A DNA stretch of 64,000 nt, from NCBI GenBank assembly GCA_963737545.1, contig CAVTTH010000006.1:119538-183537 (forward strand), written 5' to 3'. The position numbers and the translations under genes are program-made. The notes beneath the pieces are model-generated. The model saw only the letters and a list, made by a program, of their open reading frames with translations, made no database searches and was not told the DNA's origin. Positions 29,208 to 39,036 of this stretch are shown piece after piece. The stretch comes from an uncultured Verrucomicrobiae bacterium. Lineage in GTDB: Bacteria > Verrucomicrobiota > Verrucomicrobiia > Chthoniobacterales > UBA10450. How positions within the stretch are numbered: the first letter of the stretch is position 1; every line of letters starts with the position of its first letter.

Positions 29208-29495
29208 TCATCTGACGCTCCCTTTTTTTCCTCTCATCTCGCCGGCACGTTTCAGGACTGTTCGAGAGTCTGGAAACTGCGGATAGCCACGCAATGAGTG
29301 CTTGTCAGGATTTATCAGCCAGCACTCAAGGACGAGTTCTTCGAGACTTAACTTTATGCCAAGCTCACGCGCTCTGCCGACAATCCAAATAATCAGTTTT
29401 TCGGTCGAGAGTTTCTTCAGTTCAGCGACCTCATCGCTGGCGGTGGCGATCTTCGGCAGCAGCGCTTTTGTTTCTTTCTTGGTGTCCATCAACAT
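29208..29495 (-). CDS. Small wHTH-like protein, paralogue 2
   Basis: 95 aa from the ATG at 29495, whose start overlaps the upstream stop (TAATG). ELVLECWLINPDKHSLRGYPQFPDSRTVLKRAGEMRG parallels DVAEEAFATYPGVFETWFDGKNIPDSALVLLTLNEAKRR of the upstream ORF. Confidence 0.5.
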   Translation of the reverse strand: MLMDTKKETKALLPKIATASDEVAELKKLSTEKLIIWIVGRARELGIKLSLEELVLECWLINPDKHSLRGYPQFPDSRTVLKRAGEMRGKKGSVR

Positions 29496-29917
29496 TACGA
29501 GCACTCCTTCGGTCGTTCTCGGCGGCGCTGAACGTCTCGTGCGAATGCGAGCCCCTTCTTTGTCAGTCGCCAGCCCTTGAACCAATCTCCTGCAGCGTAG
29601 CCCCACTCGCGCCGTTTAGCCTCGTTTAGTGTCAGCAGGACGAGCGCAGAGTCTGGAATATTTTTCCCATCGAACCATGTCTCGAATACCCCGGGATAGG
29701 TTGCGAAAGCCTCCTCCGCAACATCGCGCGTCGTTGCGCGTTCTCTGGTGGCTTTGCATTTAAGTAGCACGAATGCGATCTCAGGGACCATTCGGCTCCA
29801 CGCTGCCCGTTGCCTCTGTTCAAACTCTGCTTGGCGGTTTTCCATGGTGCGCTCAGACCACCGCAGGACGGCAGGGACCTTGCGCTTCTTTTTTCGTCGT
29901 TTCTTCATTTCAGCCAT
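29495..29917 (-). CDS. Small wHTH-like protein, paralogue 1, with a Lys/Arg-rich N-terminus
   Basis: 140-aa ORF. The C-terminal GDWFKGWRLTKKGLAFA looks like a winged-helix wing. Its start overlaps the VapC stop by 13 nt (start uncertain). Confidence 0.5.
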   Translation of the reverse strand: MAEMKKRRKKKRKVPAVLRWSERTMENRQAEFEQRQRAAWSRMVPEIAFVLLKCKATRERATTRDVAEEAFATYPGVFETWFDGKNIPDSALVLLTLNEAKRREWGYAAGDWFKGWRLTKKGLAFARDVQRRRERPKECS

Positions 29918-30309
29918 CCGATCTTGAGCTCCTTTTCCATCGCCTTAAATTCCGGATCGCCTGTCACGAACTCGGCCCGGCGTAGTTTCGCGAAGGCCGC
30001 GGCGAAGCAATCGGCGTAGGAGAGTTTTCTTGTTGCTTTAAAGATCGCCGCTTGCCGAACGAGTTCGAAGTTGACGGATTCCACGATGCTGATCGGCATC
30101 TGGGCAATATCCGAAGCGATCGATTTCGCCGCAGACTCGCTGCCACGGCGCATTGTCGTGTAGTAAATTTCCCCCCAATTGATCACGTGCATCAGCAGCG
30201 TGTGGCGCCCGGAGGTCGCGCCATGCAACAACTTCTCCACCTCTTCTGCGGCGGACTCTTCATTGAAGAGGGCAATGAGCGCCCAACTATCGAGGACCTT
30301 GGTCGCCAT
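29905..30309 (-). CDS. vapC: PIN-domain VapC-family toxin
   Basis: 134 aa with VLDSWALIA, SYADCFAAA and FVTGDPEF, the PIN acidic residues. Confidence 0.85.
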   Translation of the reverse strand: MATKVLDSWALIALFNEESAAEEVEKLLHGATSGRHTLLMHVINWGEIYYTTMRRGSESAAKSIASDIAQMPISIVESVNFELVRQAAIFKATRKLSYADCFAAAFAKLRRAEFVTGDPEFKAMEKELKIGWLK

Positions 30310-30310
30310 T

Positions 30311-30562
30311 TTACGAATCGCGTTGTCGATCTTCCTTTCGCCCTTCGACCAGGCCCTTCATGAGATCGAGATGCTTGTACTTTCCGCGCAGGCTGCGGAT
30401 GTACTTGCCAGTAATCGGCTTCAAGAGGATTCCCTCTTGCGTCGTCTGCACGATTGCCTGTGTGCCGTTCTCGATTTCGAATTCCCTGCGAATTTTTCGC
30501 GGGATGACCACTTGCCCCTTCACCGTGAACAAAACCGTGTCGACATTTGTTGAGTTCTTCAT
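30311..30562 (-). CDS. AbrB/MazE/SpoVT-family antitoxin
   Basis: 83 aa. TVKGQVVIPRKIRREFEIENGT is the SpoVT/AbrB swapped-hairpin motif. There is a 1-nt gap to vapC. Confidence 0.85.
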   Translation of the reverse strand: MKNSTNVDTVLFTVKGQVVIPRKIRREFEIENGTQAIVQTTQEGILLKPITGKYIRSLRGKYKHLDLMKGLVEGRKEDRQRDS

Positions 30563-30767
30563 TTGCTAGAAGTAAAGCATTTCCAAAAAGTAAGTCAAAC
30601 AAAAGAATTCATCCCAAATGATGGAAATACGACTGCAAATGTGTTGGGCAACTGAAAGAGACGTGTCGTTTCAACCACAAGAACAGCCTTGGGATCGATT
30701 TCGTGGCCGCGTGCGATAAGCTGGTCGCGACTTGCGGGTCATGATTCTCACCCATAAACTCGCGGCT

Positions 30768-31925
30768 ATGGCAAAATATAAAATCGCCTGGATGCCCGGT
30801 GACGGAGTCGGCAACGATGTCATGGAGGCGGCGCGTCTCGTGTTGGATCGCCTGAAACTCGACGCCGAATATGTGCCGTGTGAGATCGGCTGGAATTTTT
30901 GGTGCAAGGAAGGCAACGCGCTTCCCGATCGTACCGTCAAAGCTCTTAAAGAAACGACGTGTGGCCTTTTCGGCGCGATCACGAGCAAACCGCAAAGTGA
31001 AGCAAAGGAAGAATTGAGTCCGGAGCTGAAAGACAAGGGGCTGGTCTATTTTTCGCCGATCGTGAAGCTGCGCCAGATGTTCAACCTCCACACCAACATG
31101 CGGCCGTGTAAGAGCTATCGCGGCAATCCGCTGAATTTTCGCGGGAACAAGATCACGAATCCGAGCGGCGAAGATGTACCGATCGATCAGGTCGTCTTCC
31201 GTGAAAATACAGAAGGCATGTACGGCGGCGTTGAGTTCTTTCCGCTGCCGGAGGCGGTTTACACCGCGCTCTGCGCGAACCCGAAAATGAAGCCGTGGAA
31301 AGACAAAGCAGGTTTGGAAAATATCGCGCTCTCGACTCGCATTGTGAGCACACAGGGTTGCACCAATATTTGCAAGCAGGCCTTCGAGTTTGCCAGGAAA
31401 ACCGGACGCAAACGCGTCACATTAATCGAAAAACCGAACGTGCTGCGCGAAACAGGCGGCTTGATGATGCGTTGTTTCAAGGAAGTCGCGAAAAGCTACC
31501 CCGGCATTCGCGCGGACGACGCCAATATCGACGCGATTTGCATGTGGATGTTCAAGAATCCGCAGGATTATTCCGTGCTCGTCGCGGAAAATATGTTCGG
31601 TGACATCGTCAGCGATCTTTGCGCCGGGTTAGTCGGCGGGCTTGGTTTCGCGCCCAGCGCAAACCTCGGCGACAACTACGCCGTTTTCGAGCCGACGCAC
31701 GGCTCGGCCCCAAAATATGCCGGTCAATACAAGGTCAATCCGATCGCCATGCTTCTGACGACAAAGCTAATGCTCGACTGGCTCAAGGAAACTGATATGG
31801 CCACGCGTCTTGAAACCGCCGTTGCCCGCGTCATCGCCGAAGGCAAAGTGCGGACCTACGACATGGGGGGCAAGGCCTCAACGCTCGATGTCGCTAAAGC
31901 GATCGCGGATTACGCGAGTGCGTAA
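30768..31925 (+). CDS. Isocitrate/3-isopropylmalate/homoisocitrate dehydrogenase family enzyme
   Basis: MAKYKIAWMPGDGVGNDVM...NMFGDIVSDLCAGLVGGLGFAPSANLG is the family signature. Start at the ATG at 30768. Confidence 0.9.
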   Translation: MAKYKIAWMPGDGVGNDVMEAARLVLDRLKLDAEYVPCEIGWNFWCKEGNALPDRTVKALKETTCGLFGAITSKPQSEAKEELSPELKDKGLVYFSPIVKLRQMFNLHTNMRPCKSYRGNPLNFRGNKITNPSGEDVPIDQVVFRENTEGMYGGVEFFPLPEAVYTALCANPKMKPWKDKAGLENIALSTRIVSTQGCTNICKQAFEFARKTGRKRVTLIEKPNVLRETGGLMMRCFKEVAKSYPGIRADDANIDAICMWMFKNPQDYSVLVAENMFGDIVSDLCAGLVGGLGFAPSANLGDNYAVFEPTHGSAPKYAGQYKVNPIAMLLTTKLMLDWLKETDMATRLETAVARVIAEGKVRTYDMGGKASTLDVAKAIADYASA

Positions 31926-31948
31926 TCAGCGCCCGTTCTCGGTAGTCG

Positions 31949-32200
31949 TTGATCGAAATGGAAATCATCTATACGGACGTCGCCCTCGAAGATTTGCGCC
32001 GCATTCCGAGACGGTTTGCCGCACAGATTGTGGCGAAGATTTCGCGGCTCGAACATGGGTTGCGCGGGAACATCAAGCGGCTGACGAATTTCGACAGTGA
32101 TTACCGGCTACGCTGCGGAGATTATCGAGTGCTATTCGATGTTGAAGGCGCAGAAATTCTCGTCCATCGTGTGCTGCACCGTAAAGAGGCTTATGATTAA
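31949..32200 (+). CDS. RelE/ParE-family type II toxin
   Basis: 83 aa. DYRLRCGDYRVLFDVEGAEILVHRVLHRKEAY is the RelE/ParE C-terminal pattern. Confidence 0.8.
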   Translation: MIEMEIIYTDVALEDLRRIPRRFAAQIVAKISRLEHGLRGNIKRLTNFDSDYRLRCGDYRVLFDVEGAEILVHRVLHRKEAYD

Positions 32201-32375
32201 AACCTCATTCAAGAAGTTCGCCGTCGAGATCGCCCGCAAGCGCCGCGAGATGACGCGTTTGCAGGAGGACCTCGGGGATATGCTGGATCATCTTGCTGTG
32301 ATCGAAGCGCGCGCAAAGTCTGCGAACGGAAAGCGCTATTCGACCGCAGAAGTGAAACGCGCACTGAAGATCTGA
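32193..32375 (+). CDS. Putative cognate antitoxin (small helical protein), encoded downstream of the toxin
   Basis: 60 aa from the ATG at 32193, overlapping the toxin stop (ATGATTAA). It has no recognisable family; the call is positional only. Confidence 0.4.
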   Translation: MIKTSFKKFAVEIARKRREMTRLQEDLGDMLDHLAVIEARAKSANGKRYSTAEVKRALKI

Positions 32376-32422
32376 GCAGGGCGACAACCGTCTTCAAGCC
32401 GACGCACGGATCCGTTTAAGCC

Positions 32423-32620
32423 ATGAAAATCCAGTATTTCCAGGACACAGATACGCTCTACATCGAGTTTAAGGCTTCAAAAGTGGCAGAGACCCGCGAT
32501 CTGGATGAAAACACACTTCTTGATTTAGATGATAAGGGAAATATCCGGGGCATAACCGTCGAGCACGCCAGCGATCGCGCGGATATCCCACGCTTCTCAT
32601 ACGAGCAGGTCGCAATCTAA
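32423..32620 (+). CDS. DUF2283 domain protein
   Basis: MKIQYFQDTDTLYIEFKASKVAETRDLDENTLLDLDDKGNIRGITVEHAS is the typical DUF2283 pattern. Confidence 0.8.
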   Translation: MKIQYFQDTDTLYIEFKASKVAETRDLDENTLLDLDDKGNIRGITVEHASDRADIPRFSYEQVAI

Positions 32621-32626
32621 GGAAGC

Positions 32627-32783
32627 GACGACAAAGCTAATGCTCGACTGGCTTAAGGAAACCGACATGGCGACGGGTCTTAAAACCGTCATCGCCGGAG
32701 GCAAAGTGCGGACTTACGACATGGGGGGCACAGCTTCCACGCTCGACGTAGCCAAAGCCATTGGTGACTACGCCAGCTCATGA
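32627..32783 (+). pseudogene. Detached second copy of the 3' end of the dehydrogenase gene (last ~51 codons)
   Basis: It reads TTKLMLDWLKETDMATGLKTVIAGGKVRTYDMGGTASTLDVAKAIGDYASS*, against TTKLMLDWLKETDMATRLETAVARVIAEGKVRTYDMGGKASTLDVAKAIADYASA* at 31757-31925. It carries a 12-nt deletion and many third-position differences. Confidence 0.85.
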
Positions 32784-32866
32784 CGCTCCATCGGCTCCGG
32801 CAAACTCCGGCTCTCACGACGTGTCCGGCATCATCTATCTCGTGAATAATGCATGTTGCAGTTTAA

Positions 32867-33280
32867 TCACTGCCCGCCACGACTTCCACGCGACCAAACG
32901 GGAACGCCGTTGTCGTCGCGGAGTTTCAAGACTTCGTTTCCCTTCTTGATTTGAGCGGCGACGATAGCCGGTTTTCCATCCATCGTTACACGGGAGCCAA
33001 TCACGCTGATTGTGTCGTTGGTTTCGATGTGCGGCGTCTGCTTGTCGATGTACCAGGCGGGTCCAAGGTGCACGGGGATAGTTTCCTTGTCCGTTTGCAG
33101 CATGAGATGAACTCCGTAGCCGCGATTTTTTGCCGGTGTAGTTTTCTCCACCGACAATACTTTTCCTTGGATTGTTTCAACCGTCTTTGGATCGTAGTTT
33201 CGCTGAGCAGCAGCGCTGGACACTCCAAATGCCGCTGCGATTGCCGTGGCAACAAGGATCAAGTTTGTTGTCTTCTTCAT
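32867..33280 (-). CDS. Secreted/periplasmic protein of unknown function
   Basis: 137 aa with a signal peptide (MKKTTNLILVATAIAAAFGVSSAAA) and a beta-rich body. I cannot name a family with confidence. Confidence 0.55.
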   Translation of the reverse strand: MKKTTNLILVATAIAAAFGVSSAAAQRNYDPKTVETIQGKVLSVEKTTPAKNRGYGVHLMLQTDKETIPVHLGPAWYIDKQTPHIETNDTISVIGSRVTMDGKPAIVAAQIKKGNEVLKLRDDNGVPVWSRGSRGGQ

Positions 33281-33448
33281 TCTTTCATTTCTTCTTTGGT
33301 GTCATTTGCCTTTCTCTATTTCTAAAATTGCCACGCTGACTGCCCTGTCGCAACAAACGGTGAGCTCTGAACAAGCAATGCAAAGCATGATCTAGTTCGA
33401 TCATTGAGGATGGCCACGAGCAAATCTCACGAATAGATTCACGAAACT

Positions 33449-33667
33449 ATGAAAAGACAAAGCATCATCTACCTCGTCGCTGGCACGCTCGTGCTCACCG
33501 GTCTCGCCCTTGGCCTTTGGGTGAGCCATCTCTGGCTGCTTCTCTCAGCCTTCGTTGGCCTCAACCTTTTCCAAACAGCCTTCACTGGGTTTTGCCCGCT
33601 CGAGCGAATCCTCATCAAGCTGGGCATCGGCCGAGCCGGCGAAGAGTGCGGCGCCGCCCGTCAATAG
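33449..33667 (+). CDS. DUF2892 (YgaP-like two-TM) family protein
   Basis: 72 aa. It has two TM helices and a FQTAFTGFCPLERIL motif. Confidence 0.75.
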   Translation: MKRQSIIYLVAGTLVLTGLALGLWVSHLWLLLSAFVGLNLFQTAFTGFCPLERILIKLGIGRAGEECGAARQ

Positions 33668-33673
33668 GCGGCG

Positions 33674-34693
33674 ATGAATCTACCGCGTTTGCTCCTCACG
33701 GTCATCGGCGGGCTCGCTCTGGTTGGGTGTGATTCGAAAAAGGAAAGCGCGCCTGAGTTGTTGCCGCCGGTCGCGGTCCGCACCGTCGTGGTGGAAAGCA
33801 AGGAGCGTCCATCGAGCGAAGAAGTCGTCGGCACGGTGCGGGCAAAACTTCGCGCTGCGATTGAAGCGAAGGTCAGCGCGCGAATCGAGGCACTGCTGGT
33901 CGCCCCGGGGCAGATGATTAAGGCCGGAGACCTGATCGCGCAGCTGGATCCACGTGAGATCCAGGCGAAGTTGGATCAGGCGCTCGCTCTTCGCGAACAG
34001 GCGACGCGTGATCTCGCCCGCGGTCGCGAGTTGCGCGATAAGAAAATCACGACGCAGGCCGATTTCGATGCGGTCCAGGCGCGGGCCAGCGTCGCCGAAG
34101 GAGCAGCACGAGAGATGGAGACGATGCTCGGCTACACGAAAGTCGTCGCGCCTTTTGATGGAATCGTAACTCGCAAACTGGCCGATGTCGGCGACCTCGC
34201 CGCACCCGGCAAACCAATTATTGAAATGGAAGATCCGCGCGCGTTGCGCTTCGAGGCCGACGTGCCCGAGGCGCTCATCGGCAACGTGAAGCTCGGCGCC
34301 AAACTTCCCGTCCAAGTGGCCGAAGGCGCGGCGCCGATCGAGAGCACAGTCGTTGAGATAGCGCCTGTGGCCGATGCCGCGAGCCGCACCTTTCTCGTGA
34401 AGCTCGATCTGCCCGCTACGCAAGGCGTACGCAGCGGCCAATTCGGACGAGTCTGGGTCCCGACCGGCGAAACCAAATCGATCCGCGTGCCGTCGTCAGC
34501 GGTCGTGACGCGCGGACAAATGGAGTGTGTCTTCGTCGTCGTGAATGAGCACACCGAACTCCGCCTCGTCCGAACCGGCAAACACGCAGGCGGCGAAGTG
34601 GAAATTCTCGCTGGCCTCAGCTCCGGCGAACGCGTTGTCATCGACGGCGCGGAATCGCTGCGCGACGGCCAACCCACCACTCTAAAGCAATGA
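33674..34693 (+). CDS. RND efflux periplasmic adaptor (membrane fusion protein), lipoprotein
   Basis: It has a lipobox LALVGC and an HlyD_D23/biotinyl-lipoyl-like [11 protein letters not shown]. It overlaps the RND pump start by 4 nt. Confidence 0.9.
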   Translation: MNLPRLLLTVIGGLALVGCDSKKESAPELLPPVAVRTVVVESKERPSSEEVVGTVRAKLRAAIEAKVSARIEALLVAPGQMIKAGDLIAQLDPREIQAKLDQALALREQATRDLARGRELRDKKITTQADFDAVQARASVAEGAAREMETMLGYTKVVAPFDGIVTRKLADVGDLAAPGKPIIEMEDPRALRFEADVPEALIGNVKLGAKLPVQVAEGAAPIESTVVEIAPVADAASRTFLVKLDLPATQGVRSGQFGRVWVPTGETKSIRVPSSAVVTRGQMECVFVVVNEHTELRLVRTGKHAGGEVEILAGLSSGERVVIDGAESLRDGQPTTLKQ

Positions 34694-37600
34694 AGACGGA
34701 CGCTGCGCGAGCGAGCGGCATCGCCGGGCGCATCGCGCGCGCCTTCATCGACGCGAAACTCACGCCCCTCATCGTGGTCGCGTCGATTCTGCTCGGCTTC
34801 GGTGCAATCATTCTGCTGCCGCGCGAGGAGGAGCCACAGATCAAGGTGCCGATGGTCGATGTGATGGTGAACATGGCCGGCTTCAGCGCGAAGGAAGTCG
34901 AAGAGCGCGCGACGCGCCCGATGGAGAAACTGCTCTGGGAAATCCCGGGCGTTGAATACATCTACTCGACTTCGCGCGACAGCGAGAGCCTCGTCATCGT
35001 TCGGTTCAAAGTCGGCTCCGGCCCTGAGGAATGTCTCGTTAGGCTGACGGAAAAACTGCGCTCGAACTACGACCGCATCCCGCACGGCGTCGGCACCCCG
35101 TTGATCAAGCCGAAGTCGATCGATGACGTGCCGATCCTCGCGCTTACTTTCCATAGCGCGCGCTACGATCATCTCACCCTTCGCCGGTTGGTCGCGGAAG
35201 TAGACGACGCGGTCAAAGCTGTTCCGCTCGTCGCGGAGACAACCATCATCGGCGGCTCGCGACGCCAGGTGCGCCTGTTGCTCGATCCGGTGCGGCTCGC
35301 GTCGCGCAATCTCAGTCCGGCCGGCCTTGTGCCGATGCTGCAGCAGGCAAATCGGCAGTATCGCTCCGGTGGCCTAACGACGAACAATCAGGAGTTCGTG
35401 ATCGAAACCGGCGCGTTTCTCACCAGCGCCGAGGATGTGGGGAATGTCGTCGTCGGTGTCTTCGGCGGTCGGCCCGTCTATTTGCGCGAGGTTGCGAAAA
35501 TCGTCGATGGCGCGGAAGAGCCGTCGAACTACACGTTTTTCGGCCGGGGAGCGCACGCGACTCGCGTGCCAATCGCGGCGACTCGCCGCGATTCCTCTTC
35601 GCGCGGAGAAGTCGGCGAGTCGCGTGCGCTCGCCAGCGAAGAACCGGCCGTCACCCTCAGTATCGCGAAACGCCCGGGTGCGAACGCGATCTCCGTCACG
35701 CACGAGGTGCTGCGGAAGATCGAGACGCTGAAGGGGACGCTCATCCCGCGCGATGTAGAAGTTTCGATCACGCGCAACTACGGCGAAACGGCGGCGGAAA
35801 AATCGAACGAGCTGCTCTTTCACATGGGCCTCGCCGTCATCGGGGTGTCGCTTCTCATCTGGCTCACGCTTGGCTGGCGCGAATCGACCATCGTCGCGCT
35901 CGCCATCCCAGCCACGCTCGCGCTCACTCTGCTCGTTTTTTATTTGCTCGGCTTTACTCTCAATCGCATCACGCTTTTCGCGCTCATCTTTTCCATCGGC
36001 ATTCTGGTCGATGACGCGATCGTGGTGGTGGAAAACATCGTCCGGCATTTTCATCTCCGGCAAAACAAAGGCCGCAACTGGGACGCGATCGCGGTGGAAG
36101 CGGTTAGCGAAGTCGGCAACCCAACGATCCTCGCGACCTTCGCCGTCATCGCCGCGGTCCTGCCAATGGCGTTCGTCGGGGGACTGATGGGACCGTACAT
36201 GCGGCCGATCCCGATCGGCGCGAGCGCCGCGATGGGCTGGTCGCTCGCCATCGCATTCATTGTCACGCCGTGGGCTTCGATCCGCATCTTGCGCTGGGGG
36301 AAAAAGTATTCGCGCCTAACCGAAGGCACCGCGGCCGCCGGCACGCAAAGCCACTTCGCGCACGAGGAAGATTTCTTCACTCGGATTTATCGGCGGCTGA
36401 TGGGACCGATGATCGCTCAGCCGCGCTGGCGCTGGATTTTTCTCGGTTCGATCACCGGCTTGCTCCTGCTGGCGATGGCGCTGGTCGCACTCGGCTGGGT
36501 GAAAGTGAAAATGCTGCCATTCGACAACAAGAGCGAATTCCAGGTAATCCTGAATATGCCCGAGGGCAGTTCGCTCGAACGGACCGCGCAAGCGGCGCGC
36601 GAGATAGCTGCCGCCGTCCGTACGGAGCCGGAAGTGACCGATTACCAAATCTACGCTGGCGTCGCCGCGCCGTATAATTTCAACGGACTCGTGCGCCATT
36701 ATTTTCTGCGCCAGGGTGCGAACGTCGCGGACATTCAGGTAAATCTGCTGCCGAAAGGGAACCGGAGCGCGCAGAGCCACGACATCGCGAAGCGCGTGCG
36801 ACCGCGCGTCGCAGCGATCGCGGCGAAATACGATGCGCGCGTCGCGGTCGCGGAAGTGCCGCCCGGCCCTCCAGTGTTACAAACGCTCGTCGCCGAAGTC
36901 TATGGCCCTAACGAATCCGATCGTCACGCCCTCGCGCGCAAGGTGCGCGACATTTTCAAAAGCACGCCGGGCGTGGTCGACGTCGATTGGTATGTCGAAG
37001 CCGACCAGCCGAAAGCGCGCTTCGTTATCGACAAGGAAAAAGCCGCGCTTCACGGCATCAGCGCCGAGACAATTTCGCAGACGCTGCGCATCGCCGTCGG
37101 CGGCGAGTCGGTCGATCTCCTCCATTTGCCGCGCGAAAAAGAGGACGTAAACATCATGCTCGAGCTGCCGCGTTCCGCGCGGACGACGCCCGATGAGTTG
37201 CTCGCGCTTCGCGTCCGGTCCGGCGACGCCAATGCGCTGCCCGAACCCGGCGCCACTGGCACGGCGCCGCTCATCCCGTTGCGCGAGCTGGTGCGCATCG
37301 AGCAGACCACCACGGAGAAAAGCATCTATCACAAAAACCTGATGCCGGTGACCTATGTGATTGGCGACGCGGCCGGCGTTACCGAAAGTCCCGTCTACGC
37401 GATCCTGAAAATGAACAAGGCGCTTGCCAAACTCGACACGCGCGAGTTCGGCGGCGACGGCACGCCGGTGCAAATCTACAACGCCGTCCAGCCTTTCACC
37501 GAAGCGAAGCCCGCACTGAAATGGGACGGTGAATGGCAAATCACGATCGAAGTCTTCCGCGACCTCGGTTCCGCCTTCGCCGTCGTCCTCGTGCTCATCT

Positions 37601-38067
37601 ACGTGTTGATGGTCGGCTGGTTCCGCAACTTCATCACACCAATCGTAGTGATGGTCGCGATCCCGTTCTCGCTCGTCGGCATTCTGCCTGCGCATGGACT
37701 GCTCGGCGCGTTCTTTTCCGCCACCTCGATGATCGGTTTCATGGCGGGCGCCGGAATCGTCGTGCGCAACTCGATCATCCTCGTCGATTTCATTGAGCGA
37801 AGGCTTGCCGAGGGAATGCCGCTCGCCGAAGCCGTCGTCGATGCCGGTGCGGTCCGGTTTCGTCCCATGTTCCTCACCGCGCTCGCCGTCGTAGTCGGCG
37901 CGAGCGTCATTCTGGCCGATCCAATTTTCAAAGGCCTCGCCATTGCATTGATGGCCGGCGAAATCGCGTCGCTTCTCATCAGTCGCATGGCGGTGCCGGT
38001 GCTTTATTTCATGGCGAATTACCGGACGCACCGTGCAGCCCGACAGGGCACCACACCCACATCATAA
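34690..38067 (+). CDS. RND family efflux permease (AcrB/CzcA type)
   Basis: 1125 aa with 12-TM architecture. It has [17 protein letters not shown] and [13 protein letters not shown] motifs. Confidence 0.95.
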   Translation: MKTDAARASGIAGRIARAFIDAKLTPLIVVASILLGFGAIILLPREEEPQIKVPMVDVMVNMAGFSAKEVEERATRPMEKLLWEIPGVEYIYSTSRDSESLVIVRFKVGSGPEECLVRLTEKLRSNYDRIPHGVGTPLIKPKSIDDVPILALTFHSARYDHLTLRRLVAEVDDAVKAVPLVAETTIIGGSRRQVRLLLDPVRLASRNLSPAGLVPMLQQANRQYRSGGLTTNNQEFVIETGAFLTSAEDVGNVVVGVFGGRPVYLREVAKIVDGAEEPSNYTFFGRGAHATRVPIAATRRDSSSRGEVGESRALASEEPAVTLSIAKRPGANAISVTHEVLRKIETLKGTLIPRDVEVSITRNYGETAAEKSNELLFHMGLAVIGVSLLIWLTLGWRESTIVALAIPATLALTLLVFYLLGFTLNRITLFALIFSIGILVDDAIVVVENIVRHFHLRQNKGRNWDAIAVEAVSEVGNPTILATFAVIAAVLPMAFVGGLMGPYMRPIPIGASAAMGWSLAIAFIVTPWASIRILRWGKKYSRLTEGTAAAGTQSHFAHEEDFFTRIYRRLMGPMIAQPRWRWIFLGSITGLLLLAMALVALGWVKVKMLPFDNKSEFQVILNMPEGSSLERTAQAAREIAAAVRTEPEVTDYQIYAGVAAPYNFNGLVRHYFLRQGANVADIQVNLLPKGNRSAQSHDIAKRVRPRVAAIAAKYDARVAVAEVPPGPPVLQTLVAEVYGPNESDRHALARKVRDIFKSTPGVVDVDWYVEADQPKARFVIDKEKAALHGISAETISQTLRIAVGGESVDLLHLPREKEDVNIMLELPRSARTTPDELLALRVRSGDANALPEPGATGTAPLIPLRELVRIEQTTTEKSIYHKNLMPVTYVIGDAAGVTESPVYAILKMNKALAKLDTREFGGDGTPVQIYNAVQPFTEAKPALKWDGEWQITIEVFRDLGSAFAVVLVLIYVLMVGWFRNFITPIVVMVAIPFSLVGILPAHGLLGAFFSATSMIGFMAGAGIVVRNSIILVDFIERRLAEGMPLAEAVVDAGAVRFRPMFLTALAVVVGASVILADPIFKGLAIALMAGEIASLLISRMAVPVLYFMANYRTHRAARQGTTPTS

Positions 38068-38075
38068 AAAAATAG

Positions 38076-38242
38076 GGAACCGCTTCGTGGGTGATCGCCG
38101 AAGGCAAGGTGTCCACGCACGATATGTTCGGTCGCCGCGGCAACACGGACTCGCCCCACCACGGCGGGCAAGCTGTGGCGAGGGCGGCAAAAACTCGACG
38201 CTCGACGTGGCCAAAGCGATCGCCGATTACGCCGGTTCGTAA
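38076..38242 (+). pseudogene. Detached third, more degraded copy of the dehydrogenase 3' end
   Basis: VIAEGKVSTHDM, then an insertion of about 56 nt, then GGKNSTLDVAKAIADYAGS* in another frame. Compare VIAEGKVRTYDMGGKASTLDVAKAIADYASA* at 31840-31925. Confidence 0.75.
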
Positions 38243-38343
38243 GGCTGTCAGACAGTCTCTTGGATCGATTTGCCTCGACATGCGGTTCGACCGTGGTCGA
38301 GAAATATCTTACTATTCGTTAAGAGCTTATATAAATTCCGGCT

Positions 38344-38835
38344 ATGCCTCCCTCGGAACGTTGGACTCACATCACCAGAAATTACGCAGAGCGCTGCGTC
38401 ACCGCTCGTATTCAGCGCCAAAAGCTCCGTCTCCAGGCAAATTTCGGTCTGAGCAAATACAAAACATGGGCTCGAGCGGAACGCGCTGCGAAGAGTTGGT
38501 TGCGCCGGAAACTTCCGACGTTACCCAGCGCGATTAGTTCAAAAGATAGAATGACCCGCCGCAACACTTCTGGCGTTGTCGGCGTTCATCCCGCTTACCA
38601 TGTTATTCGCAGACGTGGGAAAACGTACGAATATTTCAAGTGGGTATCTCGTTGGCCCGGCTGCAAGCTGGCCGGCGGTGTAGGCTGGTCAACAAACAAG
38701 CATGGTGACGACGAAGCTTGGATCTTGGCCGTTAAATGTCGACGCATGGAAAATGAGAATCGCGATGATGTCATCGAGGCGGTCGCTCGCATGAGTAATA
38801 ACAGGTATTCGGCCATTCTTAAGCTGCGCAGATGA
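38344..38835 (+). CDS. AP2-like DNA-binding domain protein
   Basis: 163 aa. RRNTSGVVGVHPAY....GKTYEYFKWVSRW.......GWSTNKHGDDEAWILAV resembles the AP2/integrase-type DNA-binding domain. There is no recombinase catalytic domain. The region is low-GC. Confidence 0.55.
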   Translation: MPPSERWTHITRNYAERCVTARIQRQKLRLQANFGLSKYKTWARAERAAKSWLRRKLPTLPSAISSKDRMTRRNTSGVVGVHPAYHVIRRRGKTYEYFKWVSRWPGCKLAGGVGWSTNKHGDDEAWILAVKCRRMENENRDDVIEAVARMSNNRYSAILKLRR

Positions 38836-39036
38836 GACCTTAAATGTGGCCCTTTACACAATCACGCAAAGCAAAGGAGCAGACTTACCAAGACGTTGGT
38901 GTCCGATTGATTGCCACGCTTGTGACACAACTGCGTTTGCCGGGCTGGGGAACGAACTTATTGCCAACGTATTCGGCTCGATGAAATCTCGGCTATTTCC
39001 GGTTAGCCGTGACTGTCAGTTCCGTCGAAGATCGAG

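Noticed and set aside
33680-38031. Long antisense ORFs inside the RND adaptor and pump genes (33680..34441, 34132..35172, 35374..36063, 36877..38031).
   Set aside because: They are Arg/Asp/His-rich and lack motifs, and they lie opposite genes with unambiguous family signatures. These are shadow ORFs. The same reasoning applies to 7583..8278, 7795..8967, 13848..14807, 18362..19108, 48077..48898 and 50865..51605.
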